64,000 bases of DNA from Selaginella moellendorffii (Eukaryota > Plantae > Lycopodiophyta): NCBI RefSeq assembly GCF_000143415.4, contig NW_003314324.1, forward strand, positions 504,289 through 568,288, read 5' to 3'. Position numbers and translations under genes: made by a program. Under the pieces are notes generated by a model. It was given only the letters and a program-made list of their open reading frames with translations. It did no database searches and was not told the DNA's origin. Shown piece by piece: positions 1-12,247 of this stretch (position 1 is the stretch's first letter; each line of letters starts with the position of its first letter).

Positions 1-1389
1 GTTTGAACACCTTGATGCTTATGAGAAATGAGGAGTTGCACAAGTAGCAAAGGGTCCTTGCACAAATAAGTCAATAACCTCTTCATCTTTCTTTTGAGAG
101 TAATATTAAGAGGTTCACTTAATACTAGTTCATTCAATATTTACTTTCTAAGCTTGTTTTTATAACAAGAAGTCTTCTATTATTCTCTCCTTAATGGTTG
201 ATATAGGCTTGAATTTATCCTTTATTGCTTGGTCTGTTTTCGCACATTGCTGACTATATTTGCGTTGTAAAGCAAAGCCAAATTTCATTCTTTATAGTAA
301 CAGTTGTACATATAAATGTGCACGGGATCAAGCAGACCTAGTTGTGAATATGGGCAATCTCGAGTTTGAGCTACAGTTATTGCAGATGGTGCTAAGTTAA
401 ACTTTTGACTTCATCTTTGGTATAGATTGGTTATAACATAATCATGTTAAGTGTCACTTTGAGGCTTCTATAGCACACCTTATCTCTCTCCCCTTAAGCC
501 AATTAGAAAAGGGGCAATTACTTGATGAGAGAGCCCTTAATGGCTATTTTATCCTCATTTATCCCCCAAGGTTCCAAGGATCCACGGTAACAGTATATCC
601 AAATCTCATCCCATGATCACATGCGTTACAGCTTCTCTCCATTTTTTTATACTTCTTTATATTTTTTCCATTCCTTTCACTTTTGTTCTTTTACATCCCT
701 TTACTTTTATCTCTACTTCCATCACTTTTGTCTCTCCAGTACTTCTTCTTATATTTCCGTCTTGTTCCTCTATTCCCTCTTCCAATCCCTTCAATAGTTT
801 TTTTGTTGTAGCGGTTGACTAGCTTGTATATTGATCTCTTTGAATTTGACCTATCATCTAGGGTTAAGATTACAATACGTCATTCTATTCCAATTAAGGA
901 TGCTCATCCAATCAATATTCTTGTTCGTCATCAGTCACAAAAAGCAATCAAGATTTTATATATAAACATCAAGGAGATGTTGGAAAGGGGTGTTGTTCGA
1001 AAATTATAGAGTCCTTGGGCATGTGAAATTGATCTTGTGACAAAGCCTGATGGGAGTATTTATTTCTACATTGACTATCATCTGTTAAATGAAGTGACAA
1101 TTCTGGATGTGTACCCTCTTTCTCACACTACTGATTTCTTGGATTGTTTGGGGAAAAGTTGTTGATTCACCAAGTTAGATATTGTTTCTGGGTACTGGCA
1201 AATGCTAATGGCCAAGGAAGATATTTCAAAAACTACTTTTGATACACCACTTAGTTTGTAAAAAATTTTTATGATGTTGTTTGGTTTGAATAATGTTCTA
1301 GCAACTTTCCAATGGATGATAGATAAGGTTCTTTGTGATGCCGGAGGTGACTATTGACTTCATTAATGATGTCTTTTTCCATTTTACTT

Positions 1390-2930
1390 TAGTCACTTAA
1401 TCATACCTTTGACCACTTGGAAGAGTCTCACTCACGATCTCTATAAGTCTTATTCCCAATTTGGGGACATGGTAGCCCCATGAATGGCATCTATACCACT
1501 CAACATTTGCACTTAATGTAAGTGCTCTATGTGTCTAATCTTATAATAGACACCCAAAGGTACTACTAACATATCAGTCCATTCATCTTTGTCTCATAAA
1601 TAATTTAACACCACCCGTACCATAGTCTCCTCTTCCAAAGATTAGGCCATCTGTCCATGAGTGGTCATCCTATGACCACACCTTAGCATCTTAGAATGCC
1701 TAGAGACATCAGAAACAACTTTCCCCAATATCTCTTTTTTGGTCCCCACTAAATCCCTTTCCATTCACAGTCATGCTCCCTAACATCACCACTAGGTCAA
1801 GGCGCAAAGGCCCAACAACTAAGTCTTATTGACCTCTAGGATTTCCTTGCCACATGATCACATCCTTAGTCACTACACAAGAGGATTGTTCCTTTTCTTT
1901 TCTATAGTTTGAGACTTTGGGATGACATTTCAAAATACTTTAGCCCAACGTAAGCCTCAGGGGTACTCTCTTTACATTCTGCATTTGGGTGCTCTATCCA
2001 TATGGCTAGAGCAAGGTTTCAATGAGCCACGCCTAGTATCTAAGTAAGTAGTGCCACCCACACTTGGATTGGGAGCATTGACTAATCGATCTCTTAGAAG
2101 AGCTAGAGCTAGCTTTTAAACACTTCACCAAGTTACTTCATTTATCCATCCGTGTTTATTATAGCCTTGGACTCCTTAGTGGTTATATCATTACCCACCA
2201 CATGGGTATAGCCTTCCTTGGTCACACTAGCCTTTTCTAACCAAATTGGCTCCTCCCTCAAGGTGATACTTACCAAACCCCCCAAAGTCTAGGAGATGAT
2301 CACTTTGGGCTTTCACCCTTGGACCCGGACTCGAACTTGGACTCAAACTTGAACCCGGCCTCAGTCTCAGACTCGAACTCAACCCCAATCTTGGCCCTGG
2401 TCTTAGTCTCAGTCTCAGTTTTGGTCTTGGTCTCGGTCTCGGTCTTAGTCTAGGTCTCAGTCTCGGTCTTGGTCTTGGTTTTGTTCCCGGTCTTGATCCC
2501 TATCTTGGATTCCGTTTCAGAGTCCTTCTCGAATTCCATCTTGGATTCCTTCTCAGACTCTTTTTCGGACTTCAACTCAAATTCCTTCTTAGACTCCTTC
2601 TCGAACTCTATCTCAGACTTCTTCTTGGACTCTATCTCAGACTCATTTTTGAACTCCATCTCAAACTCATTTTTATACTTGATCTTGACACTTCCATGTG
2701 TCACGACATTTGTTATGTGTTAGTCCTTCTTATATCCCTTTAGAGACTCATTCACTGATTATTTCATGCTCATTCCTCGAGCACTTTGTTTAGAGTTCCA
2801 CTCTTGCTCTCAACTTTTCAACTTGAAGTTTTTAGTTCAAATGTGTTACACTCGTTTAGCTTACACTTTAACCACTACCACATGGCACCCTCTCAGCTCC
2901 ATTTTGGGGCTTAGAGATTTGTCTCATAGT
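1390..2930 (-). mobile_element. Truncated second retroelement (LTR-like end, low-complexity leader, gag/protease remnant) nested in the gypsy RT
   Basis: Host RT stops after the YxDD-equivalent (~1380) and resumes at ~2930 (EVGLKLKQSKCIF); insert has a TG..CA-bounded segment ~2698-2926 and faint gag-like motifs on the minus strand; boundaries approximate. Confidence 0.5.
2320..2690. repeat. Degenerate short-period tandem repeats (GGTCTT/GGTCTC and GACTC-type units)
   Basis: Directly visible; explains the low-complexity ORFs 2450-2704 and 2469-2723. Confidence 0.8.
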
Positions 2931-3606
2931 AAAGTGCTAGATTAGCTATGGGAAGTTGGTTTAAAGCTGAAGCAATCAAAGTGCATATTTAGGTCCAAAG
3001 ACACAACTTATCTTGGGTATCATATTTCTTGTGAAGGTTTGTAAATTGATTTTGACAAATTTATAGCTATTCTTAAATTCTGTACTCTAAAGTGTGTGAA
3101 TGATATGCAACACTTCTTAAAAAAAGTGCAATATCTCAGCTATTTAATTTATCATCCTTTTTTTATCATACTATACCATTGCGAGCATTGTTGAAGTTGT
3201 CAATATCATTTTTCACCTAGTCCATAGATTGTAGGCCAGCGTTTACATATCTCAAAGAGTTGTTGACAACTTCTTTAGTTTTGGTATATCTTGACTACAT
3301 TTGACCTTTCATTTTATGTGTGGATGTTTTTGATATCAATCTTGGAGGTGTATTGATGCAAGAAAGTTCAATTGTGCTTGGTCAGCACCATCCCATTGCA
3401 TACATCAACTGTACATTACAATTGGCAAAGGTGAATTACTCCATGACAAAGAAAGAGTGTTTAACAACAGTTTGGGGTTTTGAGAAATTTCATGGCTATC
3501 TATATAGTTCTCAAACATTACTAAAAGGTGATTATGCTATAGTTACTTCATTATTGAAACAAAAGATTTTGGTTAGTCATACTACTCAGTAGACTTTGAA
3601 GCTTTA

Positions 3607-4188
3607 TGTAAGCTTTTGAGTTTGGACTTCCTGGGAGGTTATTTAGCCCAATACTATTCAAACCCAAAGATGTTTAACCCTAAATATCCTAAGACTCTTA
3701 ACAAATTGGAAAAGGGGTGCATTTTTATTCATGGGCCCTTTCCCTCTATATTTGAACTGACTGTTTCTCGAGATATTCTTTTTGGTCGATTACAATTCAC
3801 TATGCTTCCTTACAAGTTTATACCCTCGTGAATGGAAGTTAAGAGCTACAACTCTCCTAAGAGCCTCACTTTTTTGACATTCTACCCCTCGGGTCAAGCT
3901 CAGCCAAAAGCAAATTAGACCTACCAAATGTTAATCTCAATATATGGTATGATTCCCTAAGCCAACTAACAAAGTTAAACTTAAGACCTACTCCAATACA
4001 AAATATGAGCTTTTGAGTTTGGATTTCCTAGGAAGTCACCCAATCCAATACTATTCAAACCCAAGAACATTTAACCCTAAGTATCCCAACACCTTTAACT
4101 AAGGGTGCACTCTTATTCATTGGCCATTTCCCTCTATATTTAAACCCTTATGGATTATTTCTTAAGTTGTTCTCCTTGATTGCTTACA
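3607..4188 (-). mobile_element. Cassandra-like TRIM with 5S rRNA-derived LTRs, nested just after the gypsy RNase H ORF
   Basis: Direct repeats 3607-3794 and 4004-4188; ~210-bp non-coding interior; degenerate tRNA-iMet-type PBS (minus strand TTGTATTGGAGT) next to the 5' LTR; near-TSD CTTTA/CTTAA; LTR core aligns ungapped to the A-box to C-box part of plant 5S rRNA. Confidence 0.8.
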
Positions 4189-5783
4189 CTTAAGATATAT
4201 GATTTCGATGTTAATTTCCTGAGGAGTTTTATAGCTAATACTAATGCCCTTTTCTCGAGTTCCTTTTCCTTCTTTGCTCTCTTATCATGTTTCTAATAAA
4301 TCTATTATTCTAGTATTTATGGATTTTTTAGATGAGGATTCTATGCTGTCAATAGTTGCTATACTTGATGTTTAGTGTCCTTAAGGTGTGGAGCAAGATT
4401 TACCTTCTTTCAATGAGGTTTGTGAAACTCAATATGTTGAGCCATGGATTTAAATGTTTCGCAATAGGTTTGAGAATGTTGTATCACTTGCTAATAACTT
4501 GCCATTTTGGCATTTACATTTTCAATATTGTTTTAAGGATGACCTTCTTTATTTTGTAGAGATAAATCCTAATGATCATTTATAGCTGATGGTGCTTTCG
4601 ATTTTTATTCCATATTTTCTCCTTACCTACCATAATTCTCCTATTCTATGGGAGTATATGGGACATTGTCATGTGACTGGGAAGCTAAACAGGTACTTTT
4701 ATTGGCCGGAGATGCAATATAATATTATTTAGTATGTGAATTGCATTTAGTGCCAAGCTCATAATACTCCCTCTCGTGCTATGAAAGGATGGTTGGAGTC
4801 AATTTTAAATTCCTATCCATTTGACTTAGTGGCGTTTGATATAATAGGGCCTTTTCCATAGTCAACTACTAGCAATGAGTATATTATTATTGCTTTTGAT
4901 TACTTGATTTGTTAGGTGGAAGTTAGAGCTCTTGCTAATGCATCTGCAACTGCTGTTAGATACTTTCTCTTCAATTGAGTAGTGTTCTAATATTCCTATC
5001 CAAAATGAATTCTTTTGGATAATGGTCCTATATTTATGCCTAAGGCATTTCACGTCTTAATATCTTAGTTTGGGATATGCCATACCTTCACAAGTGCTAT
5101 ATCATCCATAGTCAAATGGTTTGGTAGAACAATTTATTTGGACATTCAAAGGGGTGATTGCGAAGTACGTGAACTTTTAGCATTTAAATTAAAATGGTTA
5201 TTTGCCATCTTTTCGGTATATGTATGTCATATGGGTGTAGAGTTATATTGATGTTTCACCATATAAATGTCTATATGGTCATAATCTGATATTACCAATA
5301 GAATTAAGTTTGCATTCGCAATTACCACAAGTTGTTGATGTTAAGTTTTGGGATTAGTATTTGACAAGCATTCTTCCACTAGTCTGAGTAGAGTTTGTTG
5401 AACACTTGGGCCATATACAAGTGGGACAACAACAATGTTATAATTTCCACCATTATCTATATATAGAGTACAAAGTGGATGACTTAGTGTTAGTCCATTT
5501 TCCCAATCTTACAAAATATGGTTTGTTTAAAGGCCTTCTTGTTTAGTGAAAAGGATTATATTAAGTGTTGTAGCAAGTTGAATTGCAAGTTTATGAGGTT
5601 CAATAAATAGGTCGATCCTTTAGAAATTGTATATGTGCAATAGTTAAAACACTTCGTACAAAGGGATCAAGAATAATTGGCACCACTTATAGATCCACTG
5701 ATGCCTCCTCTTAATGTTCTTCCAAATCACAACTCGTCCATTAGAGAACCTTGACTGTCTTCTATTATTCTAAGAGGGGATGA

Positions 5784-5958
5784 TGTGAGGTTCAAGTGTA
5801 CGGTTACAATGTCATATACTAATATTAATATAGTGGGATTTTGATAGCTGTCAAATTAATTTCAATCCAAACCACTCGCTTCTATATATAAATTAGGGTT
5901 TTTGGGCTAATTAATATGCACATTTCTGTATTCCATTTCCATATTCTATGTACTCACA
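5784..5958 (+). repeat. 3' LTR (175 bp) of the gypsy element
   Basis: TGTGAGG...CTCACA, follows the PPT; reverse-complement homologous to 60532-60707 and 62479-62654. Confidence 0.9.
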
Positions 5959-6059
5959 ACTTAATAAAAAATGAAAAAAAGGAAATGTGTGTATGTAATA
6001 CAAGACTCCTTCCAACATTTGCATCTCCTCTTTTCTTTTTGGATTTTAAAATATTAGAG

Positions 6060-6800
6060 ACATGGCGTAATTATATTTGCTTGAGCTACCACTAATTTAG
6101 TGTCACTTAGATGTTTGATATGGCTGCAGAAATAAGATTATCATGATGTTCTAGCCTACCATCACTTAAAGAAATTAAACTTTTGCGTTCCTTTGATTTT
6201 TGGACTACAAAGCTTTGGATTTTTGCTTTATTCCCACCAAGCTACTAAAACATTATATTAGATAGGGCTAGAGTTCCAACTTTTAACTTATTTGTAGATT
6301 TATTAATTAATCTAACCAATGGGGACTACCATGCCACTAATACAGCCCAGATCATGAGGATGTATTTAATTTTTGAAAGAATTAATCACCAAGATCTCCA
6401 AGAATGAGGGAAAGAAGCCAATTAGAGTAAAAAAAAAGTGTTACACCAATTTCAACAAATCCCATGACTTAGTCATGTTAATGGCTATATCTCATGAGGA
6501 ATTTAGAGCTAGAAGACTAAGTAAGTAAAGTGTAAGATAGATTATAATCAAAATTTGTGGCAATAACTTTTAGGAATAATACTTAAAATAATCTATACAA
6601 AAACTAAGAAAGAATAGAATAGACTAGGTCATATTATGCAAATCTTGTGCTCATATTCAAGAACTACCTGAATTAGTGAAATCCTTGGATACATTTACAA
6701 TCTATCCTTATAAAATATATGAGTCTACGCAACTGATTGTTAGTACAGTTTTTCATGTTTGGCATTCTTATACATATCATCAATATGATAAAGGACTACT
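6060..6800 (+). mobile_element. Possible highly decayed hAT transposase remnant
   Basis: Fragments LPELVKSLDTFTIYP and ATDC*YSFSCL at ~6665-6765 resemble the hAT C-terminal dimerisation motif; no intact ORF. Confidence 0.3.
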
Positions 6801-7019
6801 ATAACTTGGGCATCAGATGAAAGAAATATATCAAGCACAAATGAATAAAGGTCCACATGATACATAGTAGATCTTTAAAAAGCAGACATCAAAAAGGAAA
6901 AAGCTGATACGGTAGAATCTTTAACAAATAATGTAGCTTAGAGCTTCCATGCTTTGATTGGAAGAATTCATAAAAATGATTGGTTTTCCTTAAAAATAAA
7001 TAGCCAACCACAGAAATGA

Positions 7020-7165
7020 GTGATATATGCTTTGATATTCTAGGATATTCTATGTTATTCATTAGATTAATCTTGTATTTATAATTTATAAACTTTCTTA
7101 AAACACCTTTTAGTATAGTTTAATTTATTCTATCATTTAATGGTTGATATGTGCAATAAATTGAG
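7020..7165 (+). repeat. Partial copy of an AT-rich dispersed repeat (also at 29560-29870 and 31750-32100)
   Basis: Shared core TAGATTAATCTTGTATTTATAATTTATAAAC and flanks. Confidence 0.75.
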
Positions 7166-7211
7166 TTTTTAATATTATCACAATCCTCAGTTCAATGTTT
7201 TAGGTTAGACT

Positions 7212-8905
7212 ATGAACAGAAACTCTAGCATTCATTTTATTCAATCCTGCAAAAGCCTTTATGAAGCAAGAGAGATTTACCTGAATCTTAAAAGGAATCA
7301 TCCACTTGCTGACTCAGCAACAAGCTCATGGAGATGTTTGGCAAATATAGAAGCCCACAAGAGGCACGCCAAATCTTTGATACCATCAAACACAAAGACT
7401 CCTTTTCACGGGCTTTCACATTACGAGCTTATGCCCAAAACTCCCATCTTAAACATGCAAAAGAGATCTTTGACAAAATGCCGCAAAAGGATGTCCTTGC
7501 ATGGACATCCATGCTCTTGGCATATGCCCGGAGTGGGCATGTTCTCAATGCCCAAAAAACATTTGATGAGATGCCGCAACACAGCCTTGGAATTCTCATG
7601 GAATGCCATCCTGTCAGTCCACGCACACAGCTGGGATCTAAAATATGCTGAAAGGATTATCTTCGGGATGCCCGAGTGTGATCTCGTGTCTTGGAATTCC
7701 ATTCTTGCGGCATACGCCCAGAACGGGCATGTAGAGGGAGCGAAACGTGTTTTCGATTCTATGGAGGCTCGTGACCTTGTGTCATGGACGACAATCTTGG
7801 TTGCCTTGTCGCAGGGCGGAGATTTGCACGGAGCAAAACTTTTGTTTGATGCAATGCCGCAGCACGACCTCGTCGCCTGGACCGCGGTTCTTGGCGTGTA
7901 CGCACTGAACGAGGATGTCGATTCGGCACAGAGGATTTTCCGCGAGATGCCTGAGATAGATCTCGTTTCGTGCAACACCGTGATGCGATGCTGCCGTGAT
8001 GCTAGACCATCAAAGCTTATATTTGACTCCATGCCACAGAGAGCTCTCTCGTCGTGGACAACAATGCTCGCTGTTCTTGCCAAGAACAGCCCCGGGGAGG
8101 AAACCAAGAGCTTTTTCTATCAAATGCCGGAGCTTGATCTTACTTCCTGTACGATAATGTTGCTCTCACAACCCTCAGACTTGGAGCTTGTGAAGGCCAC
8201 CTTTGATCAAATGCCGCAGCGAGACCTGTGCTCTTGGAACTCTGTTCTTTCGGCGTATGCCCAATCAGGGCATTGTGACTTTGCTTTAAGACTCTTTAAC
8301 GAGATGCCCGAAATGGATATGGTTTCGTGGAACACAATGTTAAATGCGTTTTTTCTGCATTTTCCCGAGAAGGCCATATTGTATACGCAAGGAAACTTTT
8401 TGATTCAGCCCCTGACAGAGACCAAATCTTGTGGAGCTCCATGATAGCTTCATATGCACAAGTAAGCACCACTGCCAGCAAGGCCTTTCATCTCTTCAAC
8501 GAAATGCAGGCCGTCGATTCCCCAAACACATCGTGCTTCGCATCCATCCTGGCCGCAAACAGCCACAAAGGCAGCTTTCAAGCGGGAAAGAGCTTCTTCG
8601 CTTCCATGGTTGTGGATCACGCCATTGAGCCCACAAGGCAGCACTCCAGTTGCATGGTAGATCTCTTGAGCCGAGCCGGCCACCTTCACGACGCCAAAGA
8701 TCTAATCTTAAGCATGCCGTTCGTTCCCAGTGCTCTCGAGTGGACGTGCCTTCGCGGAGCATGCAAGAGCCACGAGGATTATAACAATCTTAGACTGGGA
8801 GACGATGTAGTGAGGTCTGTAATGGACGTAACCGACGCAACCCCCACTGCTTTACTAGCAAACGTCTACACAAGCTCCCAAACAAAAAATCCACACTATA
8901 TGTGA
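7212..8905 (+). pseudogene. PLS-class PPR (E-type C-terminus) with frameshifts
   Basis: PPR homology switches between ORF frames 7212, 7328, 7212 and 8327; E-domain-like end (CMVDLLSRAGHLHDAKDLILSMPFVP) lies in a different frame. Confidence 0.8.
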
Positions 8906-8925
8906 AATCTAAGGACTTAGTCATT

Positions 8926-9114
8926 TTAATCACCTCCGCCACCGCCACCTCCTCCGCCACAGCCCCCACCGCCACAGCCTCCTCCACCATGACCACCACC
9001 AGAGCCTCCACTGTGGCCTCCACCATGGTGGCCACCGCTAAACATTGCTCCCACGAAATTGGAGCGCCTTCTTGGCTTTCGCCTTTTTGGAGATGCAAAG
9101 AAACTGAAACACAT
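8926..9114 (-). CDS. 62-aa microprotein: MCF start, polybasic patch, Gly/His/Cys-rich tail
   Basis: MCFSFFASPKRRKPRRR...GGGGCGGGGCGGGG; paralogous to 9484-9687, including AATCCAA before the ATG. Confidence 0.7.
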   Translation of the reverse strand: MCFSFFASPKRRKPRRRSNFVGAMFSGGHHGGGHSGGSGGGHGGGGCGGGGCGGGGGGGGGD

Positions 9115-9209
9115 TTTGGATTGATTGCTTGCAAGGGGGCATATTGTATACAAGGCTAGAAAGCAATTTGAGACTTTGACTCAGAGGAAGCCACGAAGGA
9201 AGCAATGAT

Positions 9210-9440
9210 AGCACGTGGACCTGGAGAAGTTTATGCAATCAGTGCCACGTCGTGACACTTCATCAGAGTGTTCAAGAAACGCAAGACGTAACACTACAAA
9301 CGTGCATTTGTCTATCCAATCTTTGAGGAATACGTGCATAAAATCTCGTCAAATTGCGCGTGAAGGAAGTTGCTTTGCTTGCTCCATATGGTCAGGCCTT
9401 GTGGCCAATTAGATGTTCTCCTGCCTAGTATATAAGCGCA
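9210..9440. promoter_or_regulatory. Bidirectional promoter with ACGT-core (G-box/ABRE-like) elements and a TATA box
   Basis: CACGTGG (~9212), GCCACGT (~9244), ACGTG (~9300, ~9332), TATATAA (~9429) between the two divergent microprotein genes. Confidence 0.45.
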
Positions 9441-9483
9441 AGCCTCCTCACATCGATCATACCTTTATCTTGCGCAATCCAAG

Positions 9484-9687
9484 ATGTGTTTCGGTTTCTC
9501 TCAATCCTCTAACAGGCGAAAGCAGAGGCGAAGGCGCCCGTATGCAGCAACGGGCGCCTTCATTGGGGATGCCGGCAGTGGTGGCGGAGCTTGTGCTGGC
9601 ACTGGTGGCGGCGGAGGCTGTGGTGGCGGTGGCGGCGGTGGTGGTGGTGGTGGCTGCGGAGGAGGCGGCGGCGGTGGAGGCTGCTAA
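9484..9687 (+). CDS. 67-aa microprotein: MCF start, polybasic patch, Gly/Cys-rich tail
   Basis: MCFGFSQSSNRRKQRRRR...GGGGGCGGGG...C; TATA ~55 bp upstream; paralogue on the opposite strand. Confidence 0.7.
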   Translation: MCFGFSQSSNRRKQRRRRPYAATGAFIGDAGSGGGACAGTGGGGGCGGGGGGGGGGGCGGGGGGGGC

Positions 9688-10025
9688 ATACTCTGTATGA
9701 GAAATAGCCATGCATATGAATGTTTGTAAATATGCATATTCCAAAACTTCCTCAAATAATACGTACAGTTTGTTTGTATTGAACTTTGTTTTTTTCCAGC
9801 CAAGGATTGACCTGGGCACGATCTTAGCACTGTTTTGGAACTAGTAAGTAGAATCTCGTAGAATCTATTCAGCAATTCTATGTACTTCAGGTACTATAGT
9901 GATTCAAGTAAAATCCAAAAAAAAGGGAAACATCCACTTACAATACAACGTTTTGAGCGCTCTTCTCTTGTCTTCTCTCGAGTAAAAGCTTTGATTCTTC
10001 TAGCTCTCTCTCGCCTCCTGTTTTC

Positions 10026-11939
10026 TTACGATTCGCGTCGGGTTCTCCTTTGGCGGGCGCCCTCGCCTTCCTTCTCAATCTCGTTGCCTGTCGCGTCGTC
10101 CTCCGCCTTGTCCTTGGAATCGTCCGGGCTGGAGATGTCTTCCTTCTTGGACTTCTCTACGGTCACCTGCGCAAGACAAACAACCGTGACAATCCAAAAC
10201 TCGCGCAACGCTATTGATAATTGTACCTTCGTCTTCTTTGGGGGCGATTTCTTGCCACCAAATAGAATCTTAAACAGCGTGACCACCACGACGAGCGGGA
10301 TCAAAGCTATGGCGCTCAAAGAAATGGTTGGGAACTTCTCGGCCTTCTCCAGAAGATCCTGTGTGTCACAAACGAAAAGAAAGTTAGAACACGAGACAAA
10401 GCCCATGCTCGCGTGTTTTACTTACAAGAATCTTTTCCTTCTGTGACGCCAAAGCCGGGATGTCGGCAACCTTGCGCAGGTACTCAAACATCTTTGCCTG
10501 AAAAGATTCAAGGTCGTCACACACAAAGAAAAAAAAACGACAAAAGACAGACAAAGGAAAAGTACCTGGATGCCGTCAGGACTCGGAGTCGCTTCTTCAA
10601 TCTTTTGCTTCTCCTTCTCAGCCTCGTACTTGGGCTTCCATTTCGTCTCCCTGTACTCTGCTGCCACAGCCTCGTCGGTCGCCACCAGGATGTTGTCAAA
10701 AAGAATGCCGTCCTGCATCGTCCAGATCTCGATCCCTATCGCCGAGATCGGCTCTAGATCCGGCCTGTCCAACTCGAAGTACTCCGGGTTCGGTATTTGC
10801 TTCGGAGCCCAGATCCCCTTGTAAGCCGGGTTGTCGATCATCGGAGGATACCACTTCCCCTTGTAGTCCGGGTTCCTCTTCATGGGCCTCTTCCATTCTC
10901 CACACCCAGACGCTTCCTCACACTTTGGGTTGCTGATCTTCGGGGGCTCCCACTCGCCATCCTCCTCGTCGTCCCAGTCCGCGGGCTTGCTAGCTTCCGG
11001 ATCGTCAACCTCGTCCGGCTCGTTGTCCAGCCAGTCATCGGGCTTGACCGCCTCCACGTCCTCGATCTCCAGTGGAGCGTCCTCGTCCCAATCCTCGGGC
11101 TTGGTCGCTTCCGGATCGGGGATCTTCGCCCGCTCGTCCCAGTCCTCGGGCTTCTTGTCGTCGGGATCGGGGATGGTCTTGGGCGGGATCACGGCCGGCT
11201 CGAAGTCGCTCGAGAGGAGGTCGACGCTCTTCTCCTCCTTGCCGTCGACGAGGATCTTGAGCGTGTTGTTCGGGTAGATCACTGCCGTGTAGACGTGAGA
11301 GAGCTTGTCAGCCACTGGCGATGGCGGGTACTTGAGGTGATGCTCGATGTGCTTGTCGGATTTGGGGCCCTTGTGCTTGTAGATGAAGTGGACCTTGTTG
11401 GTGGCGCCGCATTTGTCCGGCCCAAACATGATCGAGTAGGGCGACTCGTTGCTGAAATCGCCGGGCGTCCATCCAGCCTCTTGCGGGAGGAGGAACTTGA
11501 GATAGGCGCCGCCACACTCCAACCCCTTCTGGAGCCGGACATCGTACTGGAGAACCACGACGTCGTCCTTGAGATCTACCGATTTGGGCAGAGTAGCCGC
11601 GATTCCGTGCTTCTTGGCCGGCTCGCTCACAAGAAGGCCGTAATCCTCGTGACCCTCGCTCTTCTCGTGCTTCCAGTGGCCTGCCAAGAAAATCGGCGCC
11701 GATGAGAATTTCTAGCCACGGAATTTCGCGATCAAGAACAGACCTTGATAATCGCTGTGGCCAGAAACGGTCCATCGACTCTCCCAAGAACCATCGAAAG
11801 GCTCGTAGAACACCTACATTCGATCGATCGATCCAATCCAGACCTAGAAAGAAAAAGAATCAAGCGCGCTTACCACATCGGCAGCTACCGCGGCGGCCCC
11901 AATCGCCAGCAATCCGAGGAACAGCAGCGCCTTGGCCAT
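10026..11939 (-). CDS. CNX1: Calnexin (multi-exon)
   Basis: Signal peptide; LECGGAYLK, IMFGPDKCG, P-domain repeats KPEDWDE, IGIEIWTMQ; TM helix; tail ending RRTRRES. Confidence 0.95.
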
Positions 11940-12018
11940 GACCGCGCCGGGACTAGAAACCCTAAACACTCCTCCAAAGAATGCGCTATAAAGAGTGACT
12001 GGGTTTTAGTTTAGGCAG

Positions 12019-12096
12019 CCAATGGGAGCGCTCCGATTTCCTTTGGCGCGTGTAGCAGCGAATGGCACGGCGCCACGTCGGACGCCTTGACGTGGC
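12019..12096. promoter_or_regulatory. Putative ER-stress elements upstream of calnexin (CCAAT, CCACGTC, UPRE-like TGACGTGG)
   Basis: CCAAT 12019-12023, CCACGTC ~12073, TGACGTGG 12088-12095; fits an ER chaperone gene. Confidence 0.5.
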
Positions 12097-12247
12097 TTTC
12101 TCCGGGAGGAAGGCATATTCGCGGAACAACTCCAAAATGCGATGAAAATATATTTGTGAGTTGGCAGGACGTTCTAGAATTGATGTTTGTGGACCAATTA
12201 CAAATACAAGCTTTAGAAATACAGACTATGATCTCTCCAGATAGAAA

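Larger units (their letters stand above)
1..5958 (+). mobile_element. Decayed Ty3/gypsy LTR retrotransposon (gag-pol spacer, protease, RT, RNase H, integrase remnants, PPT, 3' LTR); 5' part lies outside the window
   Basis: Broken RT motifs (~1010-1380, e.g. LDIVSGYWQ); RNase H ORF 3320-3592 (NYSMTKKECLTTVWGFEKFHGYL); integrase remnants ~4620-5660; polypurine tract ~5772-5783 directly before a TG...CA LTR at 5784-5958 that matches the LTRs at 60532 and 62479; many stops and frameshifts. Confidence 0.9.

Noticed and set aside
2450-2723. E/K/S-rich and S/F/D-rich ORFs on both strands
   Set aside because: Products of degenerate tandem repeats inside a nested retroelement
3616-3831. Similar short ORFs at 3616-3831 and 63012-63260
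   Set aside because: Translations of the non-coding TRIM LTR; the frame is not kept in the third copy
3607-4188. Genuine 5S rRNA genes
   Set aside because: Only the ~56-nt internal promoter region is similar and it lies inside LTRs
10570-11787. Long antisense and alternate-frame ORFs over calnexin (also over the PPRs and SAC9)
   Set aside because: Shadow ORFs expected from GC-rich codon usage; no recognisable motifs
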